Source: Squalus acanthias
Lineage: Eukaryota
Length of the DNA stretch: 64,000 bases
Direction: 5' to 3'
NCBI GenBank assembly: GCA_030390025.1
Contig: CM059432.1
Location: 60,018,001-60,082,000 of the forward strand
The notes under the pieces were generated by a model. That model did not search any database and was not told where the DNA came from. It was given only the letters and a program-made list of their open reading frames with translations. Below, piece after piece: positions 37,210 through 49,065 of this stretch. Position 1 is the first letter of the stretch. Each line of letters opens with the position of its first letter. A program made the translations under genes and the position numbers.

Positions 37210-37769
37210 GCAAGTTGTTGAGGGTTCAGGCAAACCTGCAGCTGTCACTGGCCCGCCTACATCTCTTCGCCAACAGGTCTGTCTGCATGGCTCTCCAATA
37301 TTTTTCAGGGAAAACACAAAGTATAGACTGAGATTCTTGGTGAGTATCGGCCACCTTCTCCTGTGAGAAGATAAGACATAAGTATGGCAGTAAAGGCTGG
37401 GGCTGGGAAGAGACTTTTGATACAACAGTTTGACACATCAGGTTATTTGAGTGGCTAAAATGTAGAAAGAGCAGGTGTGGTGAGTTTGCGATGCTTGCAC
37501 ACTGTGGGGGAGGTGCACCTCTGGATCACAAGTGACAAAAGGAAGGAGAGAGGATCAGAAGTTCAGAGTAGTCCTAGAACACTGTGCATGCAATGAATGA
37601 AGGAGTGCCACACATATAAAAAGACTGCAAGGATTTTCATGCTCTTAAATTTCAGAAACAAAATGGAGGAGAAAAGCAGAAAACAATCTGCATTGCAACT
37701 TTGAGCTCTTGCTTTCCATTTTGGTAGTAATTATTTAAAAATTTATAGCCTAGAGGATTTGACACAAAA

Positions 37770-38336
37770 GGGCCAATATTAACCCTAACCGCCCAGCAGG
37801 AACAGTGCCGGTGGATGGTTAAAATGACGGTCAGGCGCATCCCGATCTGTTAATAACGTGTTCGTGCCCACCGCCATTTTAACTGTCAGGTTTGCAGCAG
37901 CAACGGGGCCATCCACTGCAGGCAGATTATGTCATTCAGGCAATGACGCGATTTGAAAGTAGCCGGCAAACAGGATCGTGGCCAGAAGAGGCCCATGTAA
38001 GTTAAATTTTTTAGGAGTGCGCCTTCAGGTCCCACAAGGATACCTTGGGCATCCCCTGCCATGGACTGTCCACCTCTCCCGTCTGCGATCGTCTCCAGAC
38101 GTCCCTCACCACTTAACTTAGTGCCAGGAAATTTCCCTCAGGTTCCTGGTAGCAGCCTCCTGCCACGCAAAATCTCAATCTCGCCTGTTGGCCTTCTCGG
38201 TGTTCCTGCCGGGTTCAGGTGGGATACTGCCCTGGAAGATGTAAATGAGGCGCAGGAATTACAATGAACCAAGCCTCACGCCAGTGCCATCATTGTGCTT
38301 CCTGCCCACCCTGGCCCCCGCAGTTAAAATCAGGGC
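37770..38336. mobile_element. MITE-like element
   Basis: GC-rich island with weak terminal inverted similarity (GGGCCAATATTAAC / GTTAAAATCAGGGC). Confidence 0.5.
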
Positions 38337-38401
38337 TTCAATCTTTCAATCCCTTCTTGCTCCACAAACATTTCTAACTGTCTCTTGATCCCATTTATAC
38401 T

Positions 38402-39213
38402 GCGCTGGATCTTCCCGGGTCCCACCTGCACGGTGCAGGGGGACCCGGGAGACAGCGGGAAACCCAGAAATTCGGATTTCCCGGCACGCTGTTTTGATTG
38501 ACAGGCTGGCTTCCAGTCATGCGGGGAATGCGGACAAGGAGGCCACATAACCAGGTAGGTGCTGGGCCCATGATTGTGGCAGGGTGGGGGGGGGTGGGTT
38601 CCAAGGCTGGGGGGGAGGGAGCTCCCATCCTCCGGGGGTAGGTCTGATCCCCTGGGGGGTACAATCCCGACCATGGGGGGTGAGATCGATCCCCGGGATG
38701 GGTCTGATCCCCGAACCCGGGGCCGGAGTCGAGATCCCCGAGGGTGGGGGAGGGGGGGGGGAGTCCAGACCCGGGAGGGGTCTGATCCCCGAACCCGGGG
38801 CCGGAGTCGAGATCCCCGAGGGTGGGGGATGGGGGGGTGTCCATGCCCGGGAGGGGGTCCGATCCCCAACCCCGGGGAGGGGCAAGCTGATGGTGGGGGA
38901 GCTTGGGGGGCCGGGAGGAAGCATTCCAGCTCCTCCCGGCCCACAAGGATCGCTCTCCAAGGCTGAGGCCGCCTCATTGCAGCCACAGGGAATCCTGAGT
39001 GTCAGGATCCCCGGCCGCCTGCAGTAAAATCTGGCAGCGGGTTGGCAGCCCCCACCGCCCCCCCCCCCCACCTCCCGCCTGAGAGAACGGTGAAAGTGGG
39101 CAGGTTGGAGGTGGGTTGGGGTCGGGTTTTACATTTGCACAACTTTCACTCCCCCCGCCCCCCCGCCCCGCACGCCTCCAACCCACCCGTTCTTACCTCT
39201 GAAAATTCCGGCC
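38402..39213. mobile_element. Harbinger-type MITE with an internal 78-bp tandem duplication
   Basis: Ends GCGCTGGATCTTC / GAAAATTCCGGCC with ACT on both flanks; GGGTCTGATCCCCGAACCCGGGGCCGGAGTCGAGATCCCCGAGGG at 38700 and 38778. Confidence 0.7.
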
Positions 39214-39874
39214 ACTGTCTCCTTCAAAAGCCGTGGGGATCATTTATTCCAGAAATCTGTTACACGTTATATATAAAAAAAGTTATTCTTAAATTCACTT
39301 ACTCTTAACTTCTTAATTTTTTATTTATGTCTACTGACCATTGAACCCGTAACAATTTACCTCGATCAATTTATTTCTGGCTAACTCTATAAGCTAACCA
39401 CAAATTTCTTCACGCTTGCGCATAATGATCTATAAATATTGGACCTGGCACATTCCATTTCCCTCATTTCTCTTTTGAACTTTTACCACTGCTCATAATG
39501 ACATTTACTGAAAAGGTCCAGGAATGGAAATCGGTAACATTTAAAAATAAATATCCGCTCAGAACCAACGGTCTGCACAGAGCGGGATTAAACGGAGTGG
39601 ACTTGAACAGAGTGTTTTATTTGGGAATTCAGAGAAAAGGGGGAAGGAGTTGCTGCTTTTTGCCTGCACTACTTGTAGTGCTTTGTGTTAAAAGTAGATA
39701 TTTAATTTCAGTACCCTTAACTTAATCTAGATCAAGTAAGTAGTCAAGAAACTAACTTGGCAGGGGGATGGGATACGGAGTGGAGCTATAGTAGGGGGTG
39801 ATGCACAGCCAAATATAGAGGAAAAAACAAGTCAGCCTGGAAGGCAGAGCAAATATGTAACGGCACAAGGGAGT

Positions 39875-42688
39875 ATGGCAAGGCTGGATGACATTTATTT
39901 TAATGCAAGGAGTCTTGCGAGTAGGACAGATGAATTGAAGGTGTTGATGAACACATGGGAGTATGATATTGTTGCTATCACAGAGACATGGTTGAGGGAG
40001 GGGCAGGACTGGCAGCTCAATATTCCGGGGTATAGAATCTTCAGGCGAGACAGAGGGGGGTGTAAAAGAGGAGGGGGTGTCACAATATTAATCAAGGAGA
40101 CAATGACTGCTGTAAGGAGGGATGATATCTTAGCAGGTTCCTCTAATGAGGCCATATAGTTAGAACTTAAAAACAAAAAGGGGGCAAGCACTTTGCTGGG
40201 AGTGTACTATAGGCCCCCAAACAGTCAGGGGGAGATAGAGGAACAGATATGTTGGCAAATCTCAGAGAAGTGTAGAAATAATAGGGTAATAATAGTTGGG
40301 GATTTCAACTTCCCCAATATTAACTGGGATAGTCAGAGTATGAAAGGCTTAGAGGGTGCGGAATTCTTAAAGTGCATCCAGGAGAGCTTTTTGAGCCAGC
40401 ATGTAGAAAGTCCTACAAGAGAGGGGGTGGTACTGGACCTAATTCTAGGGAATGTAGCCGGGCAAGTGGTAGAAGTGTCAGTCGGAGTGCATTTTGGTGA
40501 CAGTGACCATAATTTGGTGAGATTTAAGGTAGTCATGGAAAAGGACAAAGATGGACCGGAAATAAAGGTTCTAAATTGGGAGAAGGTCGATTTTAATATG
40601 ATAAGGCAGGATCTGGCCAAAGTGGACTGGGATCAGCTACTTGTAGGAAAATCCACATCAGAGCAGTGGGAGTCATTCAGAAAGGAAATAGAGTGAGTAC
40701 AACAGCAACATGTTCCCGTAAAGGTCAAGGGTGGGACCAACAAGCCCAGGGAACCCTGGATGTCAAGGGATATACAAGAATGGATTGGGAAAAAAAGGGA
40801 GGCTTTTGGCAGATACAAAGGACTAAAAACAGTGGAAGCCCTAGAGGAGTATAGAAAGTGCAGGGGGTTACTTAAAAAAGAAATTAGGAGAGTGAAGAGG
40901 GGGCATGAAAAAACACTGGCACGCAAAATAAAGGAAAATTCCAAGGTGTTTTATAAGTATATTAAGGGCAAGAGGATAACCAGGAAAAGAGTAGGGCCCA
41001 TTAGGGACCAAAGTGGCAATCTGTGTGTAGAGCCGAAAGATGTAGGTGAGGTTTTAAATGAATATTTTGCATCTGTGTTCACTATGGAGAAGGACGATGT
41101 AGGCATAGAAATCAGGCAGGGGGATTGTGATATACTTGAACAAATTAGTATTGAGAGAGAGGAGGTACTAGCGGTTTTAGCGGGCTTAAAAGTGGAGAAA
41201 TCCCCAGGCCCAGGCGAGATGTATCCCAGGCTGCTGTGTGAGGCAAGGGAGGAGATTGCAGGGGCTCTGACACAAATTTTCAGAACCTCTCTGGCCACAG
41301 GGGAGGTGCCAGAGGACTGGAGGACAGCTAACGTAGTACCATTATTCAAGAAGGGTAGTAGGGATAAACCAGGGAATTACAGGCCAGTGAGCCTAACATC
41401 AGTGGTAGGGAAATTATTGGAAAAAATTCTGAGGGACAGAATTAGTCTCCACTTGGAGAGGCAAGAATTAATCAAGGATAGTCAGCATGGCTTTGTCAGG
41501 GGGAGATCATGTCTAACCAATTTGATTGAATTTTTCGAGGGGGTGACGAGGTGTGTGGATGAGGGTAGTGCAGTTGATGTAGTCTACATGGACTTCAGTA
41601 AGGCTTTTGACAAAGTCCCGCATGGGAGACTGGTCAAGAAGTTAAGAGCCCATGGGATCCAGGGCAATTTGGCACATTGGATCCAAAATTGGCTTAGTGG
41701 CAGAAGGCAGAGGATGATGGTTGAAGGTTGTTTTTGTGACTGGAAGCCTGTGTCCAGTGGTGTACCGTAGGGATTGGTGCTGGGTCCTTTACTGTTTGTA
41801 GTGTACATTAATGATTTAGATGTGAATGTAGGAGGTATGATCAGTAAGTTTGCAGATGACACGAAAATTGGTGGAGTGGTAAATAGCGAGGAGGGAAGCC
41901 TCAGGCTACAGGACGATATAGATGGGTTGGTTAGATTGGCAGAACAGTGGTAAATGGAATTTAACCCTGAAAAGTGTGAGGTGATGCATTTTGGGAGGAC
42001 TAACAAGGCAAGGGAATACACAATGAATGGTAGGACCCTAGGAAGGACAGAGGATCAGAGGGACCTTGGTGTGCATGTACATAGAACCCTGAAGGCAGCA
42101 GGACAGGTAGGTAAGGTGGTTAAAAAGGCATATGGGATACTTGCCTTCATTAGCCGAGGCATAGAATATAAGAGCAGGGAGGTTATGATGGAGCTGTACA
42201 AAACGCTAGTTAGGCCACAGCTGGAATACTGTGTGCAGTTCTGGTCGCCACACTATAGGAAGGATGTGATTGCATTGGAGAGGGTGCAGAGGAGATTCAC
42301 CAGGATGTTACCTGGGCTGGAGCGCTTCAGCTATGAAGAGAGACTGGACAGGCTGGGATTGTTTTCCTTAGAGCAGAGAAGGCTGAGGGGGGACTTGATT
42401 GAGTTGTATAAAATTATGAGGGGCATAGATAGGGTAGATAGAAAGGAACATTTCCCCTTAGTAGAGGGGTCAATAACCAGGGGGCATAGTTTCAAGATAA
42501 GGAGCAGGAGGTTTAGAGGGGATTTGAGGAAAAACTTTTTCACCCAGAGGGTGGTTGGAATCTGGAACTCACTGCCTGAAAGGGTGGTAGAGGCAGGAAC
42601 CCTCACAACATTCAAGAAGCATTTAGATGAGCACTTGAAACGCCACAGCATACAAGGCTACGGACCAAGTGCTGGAAAATGGGATTAG
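39875..42688 (+). pseudogene. CR1 ORF2 (APE endonuclease and reverse transcriptase) with in-frame stops
   Basis: YFNARS, AITETWL, YYRPP, GDFN, DSDH, NYRPVSLTS, DFSKAFDKVPH, FADD and LVRPQLEYC all lie in one frame broken by four stop codons. Confidence 0.95.
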
Positions 42689-42721
42689 AATAGACAGGGC
42701 TTCTGTGCTGTATAACTCTAT

Positions 42722-43616
42722 GGGGGAGAAATTCAGTATCGCCCCATTTGGGGCGCAATTATCGGCCGGGCGCAAAGATTAGCGCCTAGCGCTAATTATC
42801 GCCACCGACTGCAAACTTGACTTTTATCGCCCCTGGAGGTGATTGGAGCGCTAAATCGGGCGCTTCACACCTGTCTTAAGGCGCAAAGGCCGAGGAGCGA
42901 GGCGCTACCTCAGAGCGCTGGCGAAGCTCATGTGATGTCAGTCAGCAATGGAACACACACACAATGGCACCAGCCAGTTCTTAAGGGGATGGTTGATCTT
43001 GCTTTCCATCCACATCCTGCTCATTACAGCCTTGAATCTCTGCCTGGAGAGACCTGCACATCAAATCTGCTGGAAAGAACAATGGAGAGTACCAGGGAAA
43101 GAGCTTAGAGTGCAGCCCCCACAGTCTCTTCTAAATCGATACAAGGAATGGCAAATCAAAATGAACCTGCAAAGTGCTGCTCAGTACCCAAAACTCCTTC
43201 ACACAGCGTTGAATCTCTCCAGAAGTCTCTCTCTCTCTCTCTCTCTCAGAATGCGTGGTTCAAAAATGGCACCAACAATAAAAGGCAGGAAGCGGTCGCC
43301 TTTAAATAGCGCTCCCCCAGTCCCTTCATGACTGCAATTCGCTCCCCTCAACCTGTCGTTGCTAGCGTCAGGCGGTAAGGCAGGGGGCGCCACTCAATAT
43401 CTGCTCCGGGGCGATAGAGGGGCGTTGCGCACTCGACTGACGTCACGATCTGCCGCGCAGGAGATCATGGCGGTAGTGTTTAGCGCCGCCGCAAAATGTC
43501 TAGTTAATTTCGCGAGCGGCGCAAACATCGCTGCGCCTGGGCGCTAGATGCATTGCGCCCCATTAGCGCCCTCTTAAGGCGCTAACGGGAGGCGCAACCA
43601 ACTGAATTTTTCCCCC
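42722..43616. mobile_element. Non-autonomous Harbinger derivative (young MITE)
   Basis: TIRs GGGGGAGAAATTCAGT / ACTGAATTTTTCCCCC, TAT direct TSD, CpG-rich. Confidence 0.92.
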
Positions 43617-43641
43617 TATGACTCTAAACTACACTGTAAAC

Positions 43642-43743
43642 CAGTTCTGACGAAAGGTCATCAACCTGAAACGTTAACTCTGTTTCTCTCTTCACAGATG
43701 CTGCCTGACCTGCTGAGTATTTTCAGCATTTTCTGTTTTTATT
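43642..43743 (+). mobile_element. Penelope-like pseudo-LTR insertion with 9-bp TSD and hammerhead motif (43643-43679)
   Basis: ACTGTAAAC at 43633-43641 and 43744-43752; AGTT-CTGACGA-AAGGTCATCAACCT-GAAAC-GTT-AACT. Confidence 0.88.
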
Positions 43744-43814
43744 ACTGTAAACTAAGTTACCTAAATACAAATTTAATTAAATTTAATTAAATAAAACAAG
43801 GTCATATAGGGATG

Positions 43815-44034
43815 AAATAACAACAGAAAATGCTGGAAACACTCAGCAGGTCAGGCAGCATCGAGGAGAGAGAAACAGAGTTAACGTTTCGAGTCGGGGA
43901 CTCAGTTCTGAAGAAGGGTCCCCGACTCGAAATGTTAACTCTGTTTCTCTCTCCTCGATGCTGCCTGACCTGCTGAGTGTTTCCAGCATTTTCTGTTGTT
44001 ATTTCAGATTTCCAGCATCCGCAGTATTTTGCTA
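43815..44034. mobile_element. Penelope-like inverted pseudo-LTR pair with 13-bp TSD
   Basis: TCATATAGGGATG at 43802-43814 and 44035-44047; about 87-bp near-perfect inverted arms. Confidence 0.92.
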
Positions 44035-44044
44035 TCATATAGGG

Positions 44045-45029
44045 ATGGCAGTGCAGGTGGTGTGCCGCAACTGCAGTATGTGGGAGTTTGTGGAGAACAT
44101 TGTGATCCGGACAACCACGTTTGCAGTAAGTGCCTGCATCTTGAGGAACTTCAGCTCAGAGTTTTTGAGCTGGAGTCTGAGGTGCAGACATTGCGGGGCA
44201 TCAGGGATGGGGAGAGTTACCTGGACACTTTGATCCAAGAAGCAGTCACACCCCTTAGGCTAGGTAGTGGTACAGGTCTGGTTAGTGGTCAGGGATAGGA
44301 CGGTGTGACTGCAACTCAGGCAGGTAAGGGGACACCAGGTGCAGTGCTGGAGGAGCCTCAGCCTTTGCCCTTGTCCAACAGGTATGAGGTTGTTGCTGCC
44401 TGTGTGGATGAGGGAAAAGCCTGTAGGATGGATGAGCAAGTTGACCATAGCATCATGGTGCAGGAGGCCATTCAAGTGGGGGGAGTGAAAGGGAATGTAG
44501 TTGTGGTAGGGGACAGTATAGTCAGGGGGATAGATACTGTTCTCTGCAGCTGCGACCGAGAAATCCGAAGGTTGTGTTGCCTGCCCAGTGCCAGGGTTAA
44601 AGACATCTCCTCGCGGCTGGCGAAGAACTTCGAGTGGGAGGGGGAGGATCCAGTTGTCGTGGTCCACGTTGGAACCAACGACATAGGTAGAACTAGGAAT
44701 GAAGTTCTGCTGAGGGAGTTTGAGGAGCTAGGATCCAAATTAAAAAGCAGAACCTCAAAGGTAATAAAATCTGGATTGTTACCTGAGCCACGTGCAAATT
44801 GGCATAGGGACAAACAGATTAGAGGTTTAAATGCGTGGCTCAAAGAGTGGTGTGGGAGGAAGGGGTTTCAGTTCATGGGGCATTGGCACCAGTACTGGGG
44901 AAAGAAGGAGCTGAGGTAGAAGATTAGACATGATCTTACTGAATGGCGGACGGACTCCACTTAAACCGGGATGGGACCAGAGTCCTAGCGAACTGAATAA
45001 CTAGGGCAGTAGACAGGGCTTTAAACTAA
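44045..45029 (+). pseudogene. CR1 ORF1 (CxxC...CxxC zinc finger, coiled coil, SGNH esterase)
   Basis: CRNCSMW...CSKCLHLEELQLRVFELESEV; VVVGDSIVRG; VVHVGTNDIG; DGLHL. One frameshift and stops. Confidence 0.9.
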
Positions 45030-47349
45030 TGAAGGAGGGGTGGGAGGATTCAGGAAAGAGTAAATTTAAAAGCAGCGAAGAAATGTCAAGGCTCTAGAGC
45101 AGAGTAGAGTTTTGGGTAAAAATAAGCAGAGTGGATCAGGAAGGGACAGAGAGAGTAACAAAGGTAATAAGGCATCAATGACTAAGGTGACAGCAGGGAA
45201 AAATAGAAATAAGTCAAAGCTAAAGGCACTATATCTGAATGCGCGAAGCATTCGCAACAAAATAGATGAATGAATAGTGCAGATAGAAATGAACAGGTTT
45301 CATCTAATAGCCATAACGGAGACATGGTTGCAAAGTGGCCAAGATTGGGAACTAAATATTCCAGGATACTTAACTTTTAGAAGAGATAGCAAAATGGAAA
45401 AGGAGGAGGGATGATAATAAAGGATGGGATAAAGACAGTAGAGAGAAAGGATCTTAGCTCCAAAAATCAAGAAGTAGAATCTGTTTGGATGGAGCTAAGA
45501 AACAGCAATTTTCGGGTTGGCAGGCTGTAGCTAGTGGGGTACCGCAAAGATCAGTGCTTGGGCCTCAGCTATTCACAATCCACATCAATGATTTGGATGA
45601 GGGGACCAAATGTAATATATCCAAGTTTGCTGATGATGCAAAGCTAGGTGGGAATGTAAGTAGTGAGGAGGATGCAAGGATGCTTCAGGGGGATATAGAC
45701 AGGCTAAGTGAGTGAGCAAGAACATGGCAAACGGAATATAATGTGGAGAAATGTGAAGTTATCCACTTTGGTAGGAAAACTAGAAAAGCAGAGTATTTTT
45801 TAAATGGTGAGAGATTGGGAAATGTTGGTGTTCAGTTGGACCTGGGTGTCCTTGTACATGAATCACTGAAAGTTAACATGCAGGTACAGCAAGCAATTAG
45901 GAAAGCAAAAGGTATGTTGGCCTTTATTACAAGAGGATTTGAGTATAAGAGTAAAGACGTCTTACTGCAATTATATAGGGCCCTGGTGAGACCACACCTG
46001 GAGTATTGTGTACAGTTTTGGTCTCCTTACCTAAGGAAGGATATACTTGCCATAGAGGGAGTGCAACAAAGGTTCACCAGACTGGTTCCTGGGATGGAGG
46101 GATTGTCCTGTGAGTTTAGAAGAATGAAAGGTGATCTCATTGAAACATACAAATTCTTACGGGGCTTGACAGGGTCGATGCAGGGAGGATGTTTCCCCTG
46201 GCTGGGGAGTCTAGAACCAGGGGTCACAGTCTCTGAATAAGGGGTCGGCCATTTAGGACTGAGATGAGGAGAAATTTCTTCACTCAGAAGGTGGTGAATC
46301 TTTGGAATTTTCTACCCCAGAGGGCTGTGGAGGCTCAGTCGTTGAGTATATTCAAGACAGAGATCGATAGATTTTTAAATATTAAGGGAATCAAGGGATA
46401 TGGGGATAGTGCAGGAAAGTGGAGATGAGGTAGAAGATTAAACATGATCTTACTGAATGGCGGAGCAGGCTCAAAGGGCCAAATGGCCTATTCCTGCTCC
46501 TATTTCTTATGTTCATATGTTCTTATGTAACTTAAATGAGTAAGCACTGAACATACCATTTAAACATAAGTGAGGTATCAATATAAATGGCAACAATCCA
46601 TTTTAGTCATTTTTTTGTAATTAGGTTTTGATTAAATAATAGCTTACATGCCTCTGTATAGGATTCTCCACACTGTGCATAGATTATCACACAGGATTTT
46701 TGCAAGAATGGCATAATCGCATATTGTTACATTACTCTGGAAATAGGGCTTATTTTATACCAAATGCCATGTTGCATAACATGCAAGAACGTCCGGACAG
46801 TTCACCAATTATTATAAGTAAGCTTTAGCAATCAGTGTTTCTTGATACTGACATAAAATGGCAGTTGTAGCTAATGTAAGACATACTCCCACTAAAGCAA
46901 GTATCACTAACACAATTTCTAAATTATCTTCAAAGGCTGAAATGAAATCTTCTTACAGTGATTTCAGCCTTACTGCCAGTTGATGAATTTATCACAGAAC
47001 TTCGGCCCCGAGCTGTAAGTTATACCTATAACTATTGATCATAACTTAGTATATAAACAAAAATAGGCATCCGCATATCTGAATTTTAATCTATGTTGTG
47101 ATATAAAAACTTAAAGGCATGGTCAGGTTTTTCTTGTAATCTACTTTAGTTTGACGAAGGGATTCTTGGCTCAAATAAACCAATTCTCAGTTTAACACAG
47201 AAAAGTATTAATGTACAAAAGGCAACTTAGTTAATGTTTAAAGCCTTAAGAGTTTGCATAGAGCCAAAGGAGGTTCCAAATAGGTTTTTTAATAGAGATA
47301 TATGAGGGGATAAGCACCACCCAAGGTTGCTTCACACAATGTCCATCCA

Positions 47350-47419
47350 TCAAAGGACCACCTGTTTTGAGAGACCTCTTTTTGTTAGAACAGGAGGTCT
47401 TAAATGACAGGTTCCACTG
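47350..47419. mobile_element. Possible Tc1/mariner (pogo/Tigger-like) MITE end
   Basis: GGTCTTAAATGACAGGTTCCACTG followed by TA, matching a CAGTGGAACC-type TIR; partner TIR not seen. Confidence 0.4.
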
Positions 47420-47819
47420 TATATGCTTTGTACTTTTAAATAATAACAACTGTACTCCGATTTTAACAAGAACACGGAGAGCATTAAACAAGCAGCATCA
47501 GCAGTGGATTCAAAGGATAGGGTCAAATGTCTGTTTCTAAGAGTGGAATACAAAGTACAAAAGGCAAAAACCGTATCAACATTTCAACTGAGACCTAAAC
47601 TGAAACTAAAGGCCTGGAATCCAACTCTATAGACAGCAACCTATTACATTAGGTTTTTATATGCTGCTTTCTTAACTTTATACAGTATTTTCAAAAACAA
47701 CTAATTTATTCATTAACATTTAAAGTCTTTAATGCTATATTTTATTTGTTTTTAGTGATATTTCATCACATTTAATTTTGATTAGGCTCGTTACAACCTG
47801 CTGGACTCAACATTGTGTT

Positions 47820-48083
47820 CAACAACTTCAGATCATAACCACTGCTCCCATTTTTTTGGACAGCAGATGTTGGTAATGATTCTGCTGTTGTCATTTACAG
47901 CTCCTCTAGACTCATCTTTTGTTTCTTTACCTGTCCCATTACCACCTCCTTTTTGCCTTGCGTCATCATGCCTTTTGTCATTTAATCACTCCTGCCTTTC
48001 ATCCTATCACAGACCTTCCTCTCCTCCCCAACTTTTATCCTGGCTCTGTACTTGCTTATATACTGTTAAATCTCTAACCTCTG
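47820..48083 (+). mobile_element. Penelope-like 3' region fragment
   Basis: Matches 17597-17855 (TTCAGATCATAACC...TTTGTTTCTTTACCTGTCCCATTACCA). Confidence 0.8.
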
Positions 48084-48376
48084 TTATCATAGAATCATAG
48101 AATGGTTACAGCACAGAAGGAGGCTATTCAGCCCATCGAGCCCGTGCCAGCTCTCTGCAAGAGCACTTTGGCTAGGCCCACTCCCCTGCCCTTTCCCTGT
48201 AGCCCTGCAATTTTTTTTCCTTCAGGTACTTATCCAATTCCTTTTGAAAGCCACGATTGACTCTGCCTCCACCACCCTTTCAGGCAGTGCATTCCAGATC
48301 CTAACCACTCGCTGCGTAAAAAAGTTTTTCCTCATGTCGCCTTTGGTTCTTCTGCCACTCACCTTGAATCTGTGTC

Positions 48377-48783
48377 TGGTGCCTCACAGCGCCAGAGACC
48401 CGGGTTCGAATCTGACCTCGGGTGACTGTCTGTGTGGAGTTTGCACATTCTCCCCATGTCTGCGTGGGTTTCCTCCGGGTGCTCCGGTTTCCTCCCACAG
48501 TCCAAAAATGTGCGGGTTAGGTTGATTTGGCTATGATAAATTGACCCTTAGTGTTAGGGGGGGATTAAATATGTGGGGTTATGGGGATAGGATGGGATAT
48601 GTTAGGGGGAATTAAATACGTGGGGTTACGGGGGTAGGGTGGGATATGTGTACTGTGGGGATTAAAGCAGGGACAGGGTACTGGATTTGGATGATCAGCC
48701 ATGATCGTATTGAATGGTGGAGCAGGCTCGACGGGCCGAATGGCCTACTCCTGCTCCTAGATTCTATGTTTCTATGTTTCTAT
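48377..48783 (+). mobile_element. HE1-like V-SINE (slightly 5'-truncated)
   Basis: B box GGTTCGAATC, V-domain and (TCTATGTT)n tail; near-identical to 11537-11956. Confidence 0.92.
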
Positions 48784-49065
48784 GTCCTCTGGTTCTCGAC
48801 CCTTCCGCCAATGGGAACAGTTTCTCTCTATCTACTCTGTCTAGACCCCTCATGATTTTGAACACCTCTATCAAATCTCCTCTCAACCTTCTCTGCTCTA
48901 AGGAGAACAACCCCATCTGCTCTAAGAAGAATAATCCCATCTTCTCCAGTCTATCCACATAACTGAAGTCCCTCATCTCTGGAACCAATCTTGTAAATCT
49001 TTTCTGCACCCTCTCTAAGGCCTTCATATCCTTCATAAAGTACGGTGCCCAGAATTGGACACAAC

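Larger units (their letters stand above)
39758..43627 (+). mobile_element. CR1 LINE with near-complete ORF2; tail interrupted by a MITE
   Basis: ORF2 at 39875-42688; tail ACTCTATGACTCTA is split at 42721/43617. Confidence 0.93.
39500..46528 (+). mobile_element. Formerly full-length CR1 LINE (putative 5'UTR, ORF1, internally deleted ORF2, tail) hosting nested insertions
   Basis: ORF1 at 44045-45029, endonuclease start (LYLNARSIRNK) near 45230, jump to RT (GVPQRSVLGP) near 45505, (TTCTTATG)n tail at 46503-46528. Assignment of 39500-39757 as its 5'UTR is inference. Confidence 0.75.

Noticed and set aside
38330..39186. Overlapping Pro/Gly-rich ORFs
   Set aside because: A GC-rich MITE interior with tandem duplications; no recognisable domain.
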